IMG/VR virus record: IMGVR_UViG_3300036045_000513
Location: 1,201 to 65,200 of that record
DNA: 64,000 nucleotides
From: a virus
Taxonomy: Duplodnaviria; Caudoviricetes
Reading direction: 5' to 3' (one strand)
Shown: piece after piece, positions 25,823 through 36,200 of the stretch
How the letters are laid out: the number at the start of each line of letters is the position of its first letter
Position numbering within the stretch: position 1 is the stretch's first letter
Position numbers and translations under genes: made by a program
The notes under the pieces: model-generated
The model's database searches: none
What the model was told of the DNA's origin: nothing
The model's input: the letters and a program-made list of their open reading frames with translations, nothing else

Positions 25823-27400
25823 GTGCTCGGAGTCGAACCGGCCAAGCCGGCGAAGCTCCGGTTTCGCCCGTCGGAAGATGCGCCGACGGTTCACGCCTTC
25901 CTGAAGTCGAAGGCGATCATCCGCGGGATCCGCGGGCCAGTCGGGTCAGGCAAGTCAGTCGGGTGTTGCTGGGGGCCGTTCCTGCTGGGGCAGTTGCAGG
26001 CGCCGGACTCGCAAGGGGTGCGGCGGGTGCGCAGCGCGATCCTGCGCAACACCTACCCCGAACTGCTCTCCACGTCGATCGAGACGTGGAATCAGTGGTT
26101 CGGGCCGTTGACGAAGTGGACCTACAGCGCGCCGATCCGTGGGCTGATGCGGTTCCGGTTGCGCGACGGGACGATGTACGAGCACCAGCTCATCGCGGTG
26201 TCGGCCGACCGCGACCAGGACATCGCGAAGCTGAAGTCCCTCGAGCTCACCTTCGCATGGGTGAACGAGGCGAGCGAGATCCCGCGCTCGATCATCGACA
26301 TGCTGGCCGCGCGGATCTGGCGCTACCCGCCAACGAAGGACGGCGCCGGGGCGAGCTACTCCTGCATCTTCATGGACACCAACGCGCCGCCGACGACGCA
26401 CTGGTGGTACCGCCTCGCCGAGGAGAAGAACAGCGAGGAGCAGAAGGCGATCCTCGCCGCGATGGAGGACGCGCTGCGCAAGGAGGGGTTCGACTACCCG
26501 GTGTTCGAGTTCTTCGCGCAGCCGCCGGCGATCCTCGAGCACCCGGAGCGCCCGGGCGCGTACCTGCCGAACCCGGCGGCCGAGAACGTGAAGCACCAGA
26601 AACTCGGCGCCGCCTACTGGCTGATGCAGGTGCCAGAGAAAAAGAAGGAGTGGATCCGCGTGTTCCTGCAAGGCCAGTACGGCTCGATCGCCACCGGGCG
26701 TGTCGTCTACCCGGAATACCGCGACGAGGTGCACTGCGCGGCGAAAGACAACGAGCCCGACCCGACGCTCCCGCTCCTCCTCGGCTGGGACTTCTGGCAC
26801 AACCCGGCGCTCGCGATCGCGCAGGTGATGCGAAACGGGCAGCTCAGGATCTACGACGAGGTGATCGGGACCTCGATCGGTGTCCGGACCTTCGTGCGCG
26901 AGATCGCGGTGCCGTTCCTCAAGACCTTCTACGGCGGCATGGCGGTGCAGTCCTGGGGCGACCCGAGTGGGTCGAGTCGGCACGAGAACATGGAGACGAC
27001 CTCCATTCGCGAGGTCGAGGAGGCCGGCATCCCGATCAAGCCGGCGTGGACGAACGAGTTTCTGGCCCGCAAGGAGGCCGTCAGCGGGTTCCTGCTGCGG
27101 ATGACCTCCGACGGGGAACCAGCCTTCCAGTTGAACCCGCGGTGCAAGACGCTGCGCACCGGGTTCATCAGCGGCTACCAGGTGGAGAAACTGCAGGTCA
27201 TCGCACGGTCGGACGAAGAGGAACGCTACCGAGATGAGCCGGTGAAGAACATGTGGTCGCACATCCACGAGGCGCTGCAGTACGGCGTGCTGGATTACGA
27301 CCGTAGGTTCGAGCGCGCCCGTCGTGACCTCGCGCGCAAGAAGTCCGGCATCCCGGCGCGCGCGCCGGGGGGGCCCGCGGACAAGGCGGCGGGGTACTGA
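25823..27400 (+). CDS. terL: terminase large subunit
   Basis: Walker A GPVGSGKS, RNTYPEL, Walker B WVNEASE, DTNAP, nuclease GWDF...WGDPSG...SHIHEALQY. Confidence 0.93.
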   Translation: MLGVEPAKPAKLRFRPSEDAPTVHAFLKSKAIIRGIRGPVGSGKSVGCCWGPFLLGQLQAPDSQGVRRVRSAILRNTYPELLSTSIETWNQWFGPLTKWTYSAPIRGLMRFRLRDGTMYEHQLIAVSADRDQDIAKLKSLELTFAWVNEASEIPRSIIDMLAARIWRYPPTKDGAGASYSCIFMDTNAPPTTHWWYRLAEEKNSEEQKAILAAMEDALRKEGFDYPVFEFFAQPPAILEHPERPGAYLPNPAAENVKHQKLGAAYWLMQVPEKKKEWIRVFLQGQYGSIATGRVVYPEYRDEVHCAAKDNEPDPTLPLLLGWDFWHNPALAIAQVMRNGQLRIYDEVIGTSIGVRTFVREIAVPFLKTFYGGMAVQSWGDPSGSSRHENMETTSIREVEEAGIPIKPAWTNEFLARKEAVSGFLLRMTSDGEPAFQLNPRCKTLRTGFISGYQVEKLQVIARSDEEERYRDEPVKNMWSHIHEALQYGVLDYDRRFERARRDLARKKSGIPARAPGGPADKAAGY

Positions 27401-29514
27401 TGGACGGCGGGAACTTCACCGAATCCGCCGAGAAAACCGAGGCGCTGCGCAACCTCGAAGTCCGGCTCGAGCAGGAGTGGGAAACCGCACGCTCGATGCG
27501 GCAGACGCAGGAGCAGGTGTGGCTCGAGGACCTCCGGCTCTACAAGGGGCACTACGACCCCGAGGTGCAGAGCCGATTCCACCCGAAGCGGTCACAGGCG
27601 TTCATCCGGTTGATCCGGGCGAAAACGAAATCGTGGACCTCGCGGACCCACAAACTGCTGTTCCCCGCCGGCGACAAGAACTGGACGATCCGGGCAACCT
27701 CGGTCCCGGAGATCGACGCAGCCAAGCACCGCGTCATCATCGAGCAGCTCGCCATTCAGCGGGCGCAAGTGATGGCCGCGCAGCTCCGGCCGGGCGGGCA
27801 GAGCCCGGAAGCGATGATGGGTGCCCCGCCGGCGGTGACGCCGCAACTGCTGATGCAGGCGGCGCAGACGTTGACCCCGGACGAGATCCGCCAGGCGATC
27901 AAGCTCGTCGCCGACGAAGCCGCGACCAAGATGGAGCAGCAGATCGACGACGACCTCGCGCTGCTCGAGGGCGTCGGCTACTCCGGGGTGGCCCGGAGCG
28001 TGATGCACAACGGCCACCTCTACGGCACCGGGATCCTGAAGGGCCCGATCCGCGAGGTGGTCAGCGAGGAGCGGTGGGATCAGGAGGTGACCGCGGGCTC
28101 GCCGGAACCGCAGTACGTCATCGCGCCGCGCGTCGTGCAGCGACCGCACGGCGCCGCGGTGCCGTGCTGGTCGGTGTACCCGGACCCGTACGCGAACTGG
28201 ATCTCGGAGTGCCAGCACCTCTACCAGCGGCACGTCATGAACCCGGTCGAGCTCTCCGCGCTGCGCCATCGGGCCGGGTTCCGGGCAGACCTCATCGCGC
28301 AGTACCTCACGGACAACAAGGAGGACGGCGACGCGCAGCCGCAGCCGTGGGAGTCCGAGCTGCAGAGCATGGCGGCAAGCCAGCAGGGAAAGCAGGTCAG
28401 CGGATGGCGCCATCGCTTCCAGGTGCTGGAACGCTGGGGCTGGTTGATGGGGTGGGAGATGCGGGAGTGCGGCATCGCGATCCCCGAGGAGTCTCTCGCC
28501 GAAGCGTTCATGGTGTGCCTGTTCAAACTCGGCCCGCACATCATCCGCGTCCGCCGCTACCCGATGCGGCAGCGGATCCCCTACAACTTCTACTACTACG
28601 ACAAGGATGACACATCGATTTGGGGTGAGGGCATCCCACGTGTTGGGCGCGACCCGCAGCGGCTCTTCAACGCCGCGATCCGGGCCTCGGTCGACAACGC
28701 CGCGGCGAGCTCGGGCCCGCAGGTCGAGGTCAACAAGGACCTCCTCGAAGATGACGAGGACGTCAGCACCGTCGTGCCGTGGCGGGTGTGGGTGCGCGGA
28801 GGGAAGGGGATCGAGGCGCAGTTCCCGGCGGTGCGGGTCTATCAGGTCGCCTCAAACGTCGAGCGCACCGTGGCGCTGTCGGCCGTGTTCCGCGAGCAGA
28901 TCGACGAGTCGACGGCGAACCCGAGCTACACCTACGGCCAGCCGCAGCGCGGCCTGACGAAAACCGTCGGTGGCCTCTCGATGATGATGGGGAACTCCAA
29001 CATCACGCTCGAGGACGCCGCGAAGTCCTGGGACGAAGGCGTCACGAAGCCCTTCATCGGCGGGCTGTACGACTACCACATGGTCTACACGCCGCGGCCC
29101 GAGATCAAAGGCGACTTCGATGTGGTCGCGACCGGCTCCTCGAGCCTGATGGCGAAGGAACTTCGATCGCAGGCGGTGCGGGAGTACCGCATGTCTACGG
29201 CGAACCCACTCGACGCGCCGTTCACGAACCGCGTTTATCTGCTCCGCGAGGAGGCGAAGGCGCTCGACCTCGATCCGAAGGAGGCCGTCATCACCGACGA
29301 CCAGATGCGGATCCAGGCCGGAATGATGCAGGCGGCCGCGGCGCAGGAAGTCGCTCTCGGCGGGCAACCGGGCGCTGGGCCTCCGGGTCAGCCAGGCGGG
29401 GAGGGCGGAACGAGCGCGACCTCGCCAGGCGGGTCCGGGGGCTTCGGCGCCATGCGGACCCCGGACGTCGCCGGTCAAGGCATCGAACCGCAGCAGAGCA
29501 CGGGGATGGTCTAG
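27400..29514 (+). CDS. portal protein
   Basis: 704 aa after TerL; YGTGILKGP, YPDP, IWGEGIP, NAAIRASVDNAA.SSGPQVEVN, IKGDFDVVATG. Confidence 0.9.
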   Translation: MDGGNFTESAEKTEALRNLEVRLEQEWETARSMRQTQEQVWLEDLRLYKGHYDPEVQSRFHPKRSQAFIRLIRAKTKSWTSRTHKLLFPAGDKNWTIRATSVPEIDAAKHRVIIEQLAIQRAQVMAAQLRPGGQSPEAMMGAPPAVTPQLLMQAAQTLTPDEIRQAIKLVADEAATKMEQQIDDDLALLEGVGYSGVARSVMHNGHLYGTGILKGPIREVVSEERWDQEVTAGSPEPQYVIAPRVVQRPHGAAVPCWSVYPDPYANWISECQHLYQRHVMNPVELSALRHRAGFRADLIAQYLTDNKEDGDAQPQPWESELQSMAASQQGKQVSGWRHRFQVLERWGWLMGWEMRECGIAIPEESLAEAFMVCLFKLGPHIIRVRRYPMRQRIPYNFYYYDKDDTSIWGEGIPRVGRDPQRLFNAAIRASVDNAAASSGPQVEVNKDLLEDDEDVSTVVPWRVWVRGGKGIEAQFPAVRVYQVASNVERTVALSAVFREQIDESTANPSYTYGQPQRGLTKTVGGLSMMMGNSNITLEDAAKSWDEGVTKPFIGGLYDYHMVYTPRPEIKGDFDVVATGSSSLMAKELRSQAVREYRMSTANPLDAPFTNRVYLLREEAKALDLDPKEAVITDDQMRIQAGMMQAAAAQEVALGGQPGAGPPGQPGGEGGTSATSPGGSGGFGAMRTPDVAGQGIEPQQSTGMV

Positions 29515-29814
29515 ATGCAGACCACAAAGGCGTACGCCCGCGACATGAACGCGCACGTGCGGGAAACCCTCGGCGTCGCGCGCGAGCTCGCCGAGACGCC
29601 GGGCGCCAAGGCGCTCTCAATCTACCTGCTCGCGACGGTCGAGCAGCTGAAAGAGCAACTCGTCGTGGCGGAACCCGCCGACCGCGAGGCGATCGCCGGC
29701 GGCATCCAGACGATCCGCACGGCGCTCGACCAGGTCTACACGCCGCCCAAACCGGCGCCCGACGAGAACCCGAAACCAGAGCGGCCGCCACCACTCGGTG
29801 GCGCGATCTACTGA
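29515..29814 (+). CDS. hypothetical protein
   Basis: Abuts the portal gene. Confidence 0.6.
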   Translation: MQTTKAYARDMNAHVRETLGVARELAETPGAKALSIYLLATVEQLKEQLVVAEPADREAIAGGIQTIRTALDQVYTPPKPAPDENPKPERPPPLGGAIY

Positions 29815-29821
29815 GGACGAC

Positions 29822-30247
29822 ATGCCTATCGAGCAGACCTACGAGATCGGCGTTGGCGCGAACATCGCCGTGCCGAACAGCATCACCATGCTTGCGCAGA
29901 TCCGTTTCCCGCGCGGCGCGGCCAAGCAAGACGCGAACGACGCCCCCTCGGAGATTGCGATCGAGGTGAAGAACTCCGGCGCCACGGCGTTCAACGCCTT
30001 CCAAGTGCGTCACCGTCCGCATCCGGGCGCGCAGTCCTACATTTACGTCGATTCCACGTCCGAGTTCGCCGACGGCACGCTCATCGGCTGCGTCAAAACC
30101 GACGGCACCGTTGGCGATCCGACCGTTCTCGCCGCCGGCGCAACCGTGCTGCTGATGATCCCGCGCATCGGCAACTACGCGATCGAGCTCTACGCGAGCG
30201 TCGCCTCCGGCTCGACCACCGCCGAGCTTCGGTGGGGCGGCGCCTGA
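29822..30247 (+). CDS. hypothetical beta-rich protein
   Basis: GAGGA RBS, 141 aa. Confidence 0.6.
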   Translation: MPIEQTYEIGVGANIAVPNSITMLAQIRFPRGAAKQDANDAPSEIAIEVKNSGATAFNAFQVRHRPHPGAQSYIYVDSTSEFADGTLIGCVKTDGTVGDPTVLAAGATVLLMIPRIGNYAIELYASVASGSTTAELRWGGA

Positions 30248-30266
30248 TTCAACCCCAGGAGAACCG

Positions 30267-30485
30267 ATGAAGAACGTCATGACGAAGGATGGCCCGCGGC
30301 CGCGGGACTCGCTCGAGGTCTACGAGGTCGCCGAGGAAGGCGATCAGGAGAACGCGCGCCGCGTGTTCTCGGTTTGGCGCGACAAGACGACCGGGGAAGT
30401 GATGCGCAAGGACGGCTGCATCAACATCCTCATGCCCCACGAAATGGGTGCCGAGCAAGGCGCGCTCGGCGACCCGCAACCGTAA
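30267..30485 (+). CDS. hypothetical protein
   Basis: AGGAG RBS. Confidence 0.5.
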   Translation: MKNVMTKDGPRPRDSLEVYEVAEEGDQENARRVFSVWRDKTTGEVMRKDGCINILMPHEMGAEQGALGDPQP

Positions 30486-30503
30486 CCACCACAAGGACCC
30501 GCC

Positions 30504-31004
30504 GTGAACATCCTTCGCTTGCTCAAGAGCTACTTCCTGTTCTTTTTCTTCTTCGCCAACAGCCAGGCGATCGCGACCTCGTTCAAGGTCGAGCTGATGC
30601 AGGGCTATCACGCGCTCGGAACACCTCCGACGCGGGGCTCGACGGCCAAGGACACCATCAAGGCGGCGCTCTACACCACCTCGGCCTCAATCGGCGCAGG
30701 CACAACGGCCTACAGCGCGACGAACGAAGCCTCGGGGTCCGGTTACTCGGCCGGCGGTGCGACGGTGACCAACGGTACCGAGCCAAGCTCGAGCGGCACC
30801 ACTGGGTTTTGGACGCCATCGGCCGCGGTGAGCTGGGCGACCGTGACGTTCTCGAACGTCGACTGCGTGCTGTTCTATAACAGCTCGCAGGGCAACCGAG
30901 CGATCTGCGGGAACACGTTCGGCTCGACGTCGATCACCGCCGGCACCTTCACGATCAACATGCCGGCGAACGATGCGACGAACGCGCTGATCCGGCTGGC
31001 GTAA
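30504..31004 (+). CDS. conserved phage structural protein
   Basis: TSFKVELM..DTIKAALY..TTAYSATNE.SG.GY.AGG...AGTFTI.MP...ALIRLA. Confidence 0.75.
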   Translation: MNILRLLKSYFLFFFFFANSQAIATSFKVELMQGYHALGTPPTRGSTAKDTIKAALYTTSASIGAGTTAYSATNEASGSGYSAGGATVTNGTEPSSSGTTGFWTPSAAVSWATVTFSNVDCVLFYNSSQGNRAICGNTFGSTSITAGTFTINMPANDATNALIRLA

Positions 31005-31017
31005 CTAGGAGCAAGCG

Positions 31018-31959
31018 ATGCCTGGTCACCAGATCGCGACGTCGCAGGGGGGTGTCCTTGCTGGCGTCGCGGTCATCGCGCGGTCGAACAAGACCGCGCA
31101 GGGGCCAGCAAACAGCCCGCCGGTGTGGCCGACCACGATGCCGACGCCACAGTTCAATGCCGGGACCCCGGGCCTCTACCCGCCAAGTGGCACGTATCAG
31201 TCGAACGGCATCCCGAACGACGTCGATGGCGACATCCTCATCCTAACGAAGAACACCGTGGTGATGCAGGGGTTGTCATGGGATGGCGGCCGGTTCGTCT
31301 ACGACGGTTCCGGCTCTGGGCAGACGCTTGGCGGTCACATCCTCACCGCCGACGATCAGCACGGGCATATCGTGCCGTCGCCGGCGTTCTCGATCGTCAT
31401 CGCAACCACCGCGCCCTATTGGGCCGGACAACCGACGCCGCTGTTCATCGCCGGCTCCACGCAGCCATACGATCTCGCTTGGGCCATCGGGAACTTCAAT
31501 CCGGCCACCGACACTGTCGTGATTATCTCCGGGGGCGTGCCGTGGTTGGCTGCTTTCGGCACGCAACTCGTCCCCGATGGCACGCAGACGACGTCGAGCG
31601 GGTTTACCGGCCTCGTGGTCGGGGTTCAGCGCAGCGGATCGGTGTTCGCGGAGATCAACCTGACGGTGACGGTGGTCGCGGCCGGCTCCGGCGTCGCGAC
31701 GTGGATGGACTGGGGCGAGTTCACCTATGGCTACAGCGCCGAGCAGGCTGCGGTTGGTAATCCGGTCGTAGCCAACGCGCTCGGGACGTGGACCTATCCG
31801 GCGCAGCCATCGCTCGCAAACGAAGCCGAGTGGCAGACAAACAACGCACGGCAGAGCGATCTCTCGCAACCAGTGCGGCTGATCACTCCCGTTTGGGGCG
31901 GGTTCTATATGAACGTGTGGGATGAAGAGGCCCCGCTCATCTGCGTGGTGCCGGGATGA
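31018..31959 (+). CDS. Ig-like/fibre accessory protein
   Basis: NSPPVW, DVDGD.L, TADD cadherin/He_PIG-like motifs. Confidence 0.6.
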   Translation: MPGHQIATSQGGVLAGVAVIARSNKTAQGPANSPPVWPTTMPTPQFNAGTPGLYPPSGTYQSNGIPNDVDGDILILTKNTVVMQGLSWDGGRFVYDGSGSGQTLGGHILTADDQHGHIVPSPAFSIVIATTAPYWAGQPTPLFIAGSTQPYDLAWAIGNFNPATDTVVIISGGVPWLAAFGTQLVPDGTQTTSSGFTGLVVGVQRSGSVFAEINLTVTVVAAGSGVATWMDWGEFTYGYSAEQAAVGNPVVANALGTWTYPAQPSLANEAEWQTNNARQSDLSQPVRLITPVWGGFYMNVWDEEAPLICVVPG

Positions 31960-34415
31960 CGGTCAGCGCCAGACATTCTGCGGTCGCGATCATCCTGCAT
32001 GACGCGGTGTTCCAGCGCGAGTTCCCGTATGCGTTCACGCTTGCCGATCCAGGAGTCGGGTCCGGTGGAAGCGCCTCCGTTGCACTTGAAACCAGCGCCG
32101 GTGTCCGCGCTTTGGCCTGGCCGAGTTATGGCAATCCCTCCGTCGCCTCGGGACACTTTCCGCCTGCTGGAGATCCGGCGCAGCCATCCGCCTCTGCGAT
32201 CCAGAACGCGCTGAAGTGGTGGCCGCAGGGGTTCCATCACTACGTTGGCACGAGCTGGTCGCGAAACTTCGGGTTCGTGGCAAGCCTCTCCTACGGCCCG
32301 AGCCCGAACGGTGACATCGTCCCGATTGTCGCGTGCTACCAGGGCACTCCTCGGGGTACGTACACCTGGCGGTTTCTCGCCTACTCGTCGCTGAACAACC
32401 CGTCGAATCCCTACGCGGCCAACGCGAACGCGATCTGGCAGCACCTCGGTTACGACGTCGCTCGCAGGAAGGATCTGGCGCTGCTGGAGGACACCCCGGC
32501 CGGCGGCTCGGACTTCCTGCAGGTGTACGAGATCAGCGCCGCGATCCCGACCGTCCGCGGCGTCAAGGTGTGGCAAGGCACGAACGGCGACCGCGCGCTA
32601 GGCCGCACGTTCAAAACCGAGGGTGGGCAGCAGCGGATTCAGCTGCCCTGGCTGGGGCAGTGGTGGGTGATCCAGTACAGCCAGTCCCAGTCGTCCATCG
32701 ATCAGGTCTGGGCGTTCGCACCGACGGCATCGCCAGCGAGCAGCTCGTCGAGCACGCCGGCCGGGTTCGCGGTGACCGTCCCGGCCAATGTGCGCTCGAT
32801 CGCGCAGGCGAACGGCGGCGAACTGCATTTCGTGGTCGATCAGATGAACCGTCGCGTCTTCGCCTATCAGGCCGACACGACGCAGCCGGTGCAGGTCATC
32901 GGTGGCGTGAACAAATACCCGTTGGCGCTGTACGAGGTCAACCCCGCGACTTACGCCTGGGCGCCGGTCACGCTGGCAACCGTTCTGCGTGTCGCGATCG
33001 GGACCAAGATCAATCTCGCGCCGATGGCGTACTTCGGTGGCGCGATCTTCAAGTATTTCGATCAACGCACGAACAACAACATCTATTACGGCGAGGATCT
33101 CGATCTCTCCGGCGTGCCGCCGGATGTCTCCACGATCCCAGGACAGCCGAAGAAGACGGGCGGCTTCTACGTCCGGGAAATCTTCATTCCGAAGGCGACG
33201 ATGCCGCGCACGATGACGTGGACGCAGCGCTCGTGGTCCGGGGTCGCGGCCAACACCCTCTGGACAAGTCAAAAGCACGTCGAGATGACGTTCCGGCCGG
33301 CCGACGGGAAGATGTATTGCTTCGGGGGCGATCACGGCGCCTTCACGCTGTTCGGCGACGCAACTCTCAGCGAGGGCTCGTACACCAATCAGGTCTTGAG
33401 CTTCACGCCCGAGTCCGGGAGCGATCTCGCGCTGCTCGAGAACGCCTGCCCCGCGCAACTCGCGACAAACCACCCGATTCGCGTGGACGAGAACGGCTGG
33501 CAGTACCGGGCCGCATCGGACGACTTCTGGATGATGATCGGCTACACCGCCGGCAATTGGACCAATCAGTGCGGCTGGGCCACCCGCGCGGATTGGGAGG
33601 CGGCCGGCGGCGGCGACGGGATGCCTTACAGGTGGACCGATGCCGGCGGGTGGACGAAGAGCCCGCGCTCTCTCGTAACGCCCAAGCCTGGGTTCGTTGA
33701 TCGCGTCTGGGTGAACGGCGAGAGCCACTGCCGGCGCTGGTACTACGACTCGGGCGCAGACAAGATGATCGCTGCCCCATATGGGAACGGGGCGCCGCCT
33801 TTTTTCGACGCCTTGGCGGTCGCAGTGCAGATCATGGACTGCTCGGGCGTGGATCAGTACAAGTTCGTCAAGTACCGCGCCGATCGTTGCTCGAACGGAC
33901 AAGGCGGCAACACAGCGCTCACCCCGGATGGCCGCCCGATCATCGACACGACGATGGGGGCAATCGGGATGTGGAATAACGATCGCTGCGCGATCGACCC
34001 GGCGACCGGGCACCTGTACGTCTTTCAGGCCGCGACAGGAGACGTGTACCGCGTCTACACGCGCTCCGACTTCTGGACGTTCGATGGCCTACCGGCTGCG
34101 CGCGTCGATTGGGTCTGCCGCATCGTCCCGACGCACACCCGCAGCTTGAATCTCGTTCACATGATCTGGGCGAAGAACGCGCTGTGGATGTTCGCTCAAT
34201 CGCACATGGGCCGGCTCCGTGCGTTCTCTTGGGCGAACGGCGAGACCGCGCCGACCGAGCACCCGACGCCGCCCGGGGCGGTCGCAACCGCATTCGCGCT
34301 GTACACAGTGGGCGGGGACGAGCGGATCTGCCTCATCGGGAACCAGTCCCACAACTCCTGGGGCTCGACGTTCCAGGCCCACAAACTAAGCTACTGGACG
34401 GTGACGCTCTCATGA
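31956..34415 (+). CDS. large beta-propeller-like protein, receptor-binding candidate
   Basis: 819 aa Trp/Gly-rich; Kelch-like DGKMYCFGGD. Confidence 0.6.
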   Translation: MTVSARHSAVAIILHDAVFQREFPYAFTLADPGVGSGGSASVALETSAGVRALAWPSYGNPSVASGHFPPAGDPAQPSASAIQNALKWWPQGFHHYVGTSWSRNFGFVASLSYGPSPNGDIVPIVACYQGTPRGTYTWRFLAYSSLNNPSNPYAANANAIWQHLGYDVARRKDLALLEDTPAGGSDFLQVYEISAAIPTVRGVKVWQGTNGDRALGRTFKTEGGQQRIQLPWLGQWWVIQYSQSQSSIDQVWAFAPTASPASSSSSTPAGFAVTVPANVRSIAQANGGELHFVVDQMNRRVFAYQADTTQPVQVIGGVNKYPLALYEVNPATYAWAPVTLATVLRVAIGTKINLAPMAYFGGAIFKYFDQRTNNNIYYGEDLDLSGVPPDVSTIPGQPKKTGGFYVREIFIPKATMPRTMTWTQRSWSGVAANTLWTSQKHVEMTFRPADGKMYCFGGDHGAFTLFGDATLSEGSYTNQVLSFTPESGSDLALLENACPAQLATNHPIRVDENGWQYRAASDDFWMMIGYTAGNWTNQCGWATRADWEAAGGGDGMPYRWTDAGGWTKSPRSLVTPKPGFVDRVWVNGESHCRRWYYDSGADKMIAAPYGNGAPPFFDALAVAVQIMDCSGVDQYKFVKYRADRCSNGQGGNTALTPDGRPIIDTTMGAIGMWNNDRCAIDPATGHLYVFQAATGDVYRVYTRSDFWTFDGLPAARVDWVCRIVPTHTRSLNLVHMIWAKNALWMFAQSHMGRLRAFSWANGETAPTEHPTPPGAVATAFALYTVGGDERICLIGNQSHNSWGSTFQAHKLSYWTVTLS

Positions 34416-35260
34416 GCTTCAAGATCGTTCGCGGCAGCGGCGAGACGAAGTATCTCCAGACAACGAGTTTCCCGACCTCGGCTGTCACGACGACCACCGA
34501 TATCACGCTCTTCGGCTGGATCAAGGCGCCGAACAACAAGTGGAACCGGATCTGCTCGCTGTGGAGTGAGGACGGCGGCTCGCCGCTCGACACGAACTGG
34601 CTGGGCGTGGAGAACAACGGCGTCGGGCGGGCGGCGCTGTTCCCCTATTCGCAGGATGGGTCGTCCCTTGCAACCGGGAACGGACTCTCCTCAAATACAT
34701 GGACGCCGCTGATCGCGCGATCACTTCTCGGCGGCAACGGCTCCCTCAAGATGGGGGCCGGGACTGAAGTCACCGATGCGATGGGCAGCCCGTGGAACCT
34801 GAACAACAACACCACGAAGTTTTCGCACTTCCGAATCGGCGCCATCTATAACGGGACGGACGACGACTCGCAGACGGTCTACTTCGCGCACCTGTGTGTC
34901 TGGAAAGCTCGCCTGTCGGACGGCAACCGGGACTCCCTGCTCGGAGGGGCGCACCCACTGGCGATCGACGCCAGCAACATCCTCGAGTACTGGAGCGGCG
35001 CGTCGCTGACGGGTTACAACGGCACGGTTCTTTCCGAACAGGGTACGGGGACGTTCACCGCGAACGACGCGGACAACCCGACTGTCGATGACCCACCGAG
35101 CGACTTCCCGACGCTCACTGGCCACCAGGTCGTCATCGGCCAAGGCACAGTCAAGTCCGCCGTGACGATCCAACTTCGCGAGATGCTAAAACGTAGCCGA
35201 CGGCTGATCTCGCTGCCGAGCGGCGTCATCGTTCCGCGGCTCGGCTTCATCGCCCCGTAG
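34412..35260 (+). CDS. LamG/ConA-like lectin-domain protein
   Basis: ITLFGWIK, FRIGA, FAHLCVWKARLSD, GAHPL.I. Confidence 0.65.
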   Translation: MSFKIVRGSGETKYLQTTSFPTSAVTTTTDITLFGWIKAPNNKWNRICSLWSEDGGSPLDTNWLGVENNGVGRAALFPYSQDGSSLATGNGLSSNTWTPLIARSLLGGNGSLKMGAGTEVTDAMGSPWNLNNNTTKFSHFRIGAIYNGTDDDSQTVYFAHLCVWKARLSDGNRDSLLGGAHPLAIDASNILEYWSGASLTGYNGTVLSEQGTGTFTANDADNPTVDDPPSDFPTLTGHQVVIGQGTVKSAVTIQLREMLKRSRRLISLPSGVIVPRLGFIAP

Positions 35261-35263
35261 TCG

Positions 35264-36178
35264 ATGGCCGGACATCAGATCACGACCGGGCAGGGGGCGG
35301 TCGGGCCGGCCATTGCGGTCACGCTGACCGGCCAGCAGATCAGCGTCCAGCAGGGTGTTGTCGGCGGCGGGTCCGGCATGTTTAGCCCGAGTATTTCCGG
35401 TCAGGGGATGGTTGCGCAGCAAGGCAACGTGTCGCCTGGCGTTGCTGTCGGCATCACCGGCTCGATGATTCAGTCCCTACTCGGATCGGTGACAGCCGTT
35501 AACAGCAACGACCTCATCGACACGTTCATCCAGACGCAGCAGGGCACTGTCAGGTCCGACATCAAGGTGAACCTGACCGGCCATCAGATCGCGGTATCGA
35601 CCGGCAACGTAGTGCCCAGCGGCGGCACTGGCGGCAACCAGACCGTCGTGCTGACCGGCCAGCAGATCGCGGTCCAGCAGGGCTCCGTCTCGCTGGCGCC
35701 GATTGCGCGGGCGATCACTGGCCAGCAGATCGCGGTTCAGCAGGGTAGCGTGACGTCGGGCGCTGCGGTCGCGGTGACCGGCAGTGCGATCGCAACGGGG
35801 CAGGGCAGCGTATCCGGTGTTGCCGCAGCGCCGCCAACCGGGAACTTCACCGGGAACCCGCTCTCCGGCAACGAGCCACTCATCGCCACGTTCACGGACT
35901 CGTCGACCGGAACGCCGGCGATCACGGCTTGGCTCTGGGAGAAGAACGGCGGTGCTGGATGGGAACCCTTCGCGACGAATCAGAATCCAGCGTTCGCGTT
36001 CGCGCAGGGGACGTGGTCGATTCGCCTGACAGTCACGAATCTCGGCGGGTCGCACAGCTTCACGCGCAACAACTACGTCGTGGTCGGCGCCGGGACGACC
36101 AGCGAGTACGGCGGCAGCGGATGGCCGCGTGGCATGCTCAAGCGGCATCGCAAGCGCGATACCAGCAGATGGAACTGA
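35264..36178 (+). CDS. repeat and PKD-domain virion protein
   Basis: TG(H/Q)QI.VQQG repeats; P.SG.EPL..TFTDSSTG..WLW..QNP..GTW.IRLTVTN.GG. Confidence 0.75.
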   Translation: MAGHQITTGQGAVGPAIAVTLTGQQISVQQGVVGGGSGMFSPSISGQGMVAQQGNVSPGVAVGITGSMIQSLLGSVTAVNSNDLIDTFIQTQQGTVRSDIKVNLTGHQIAVSTGNVVPSGGTGGNQTVVLTGQQIAVQQGSVSLAPIARAITGQQIAVQQGSVTSGAAVAVTGSAIATGQGSVSGVAAAPPTGNFTGNPLSGNEPLIATFTDSSTGTPAITAWLWEKNGGAGWEPFATNQNPAFAFAQGTWSIRLTVTNLGGSHSFTRNNYVVVGAGTTSEYGGSGWPRGMLKRHRKRDTSRWN

Positions 36179-36200
36179 CCTCTTACGAAAGGAGCACGAG

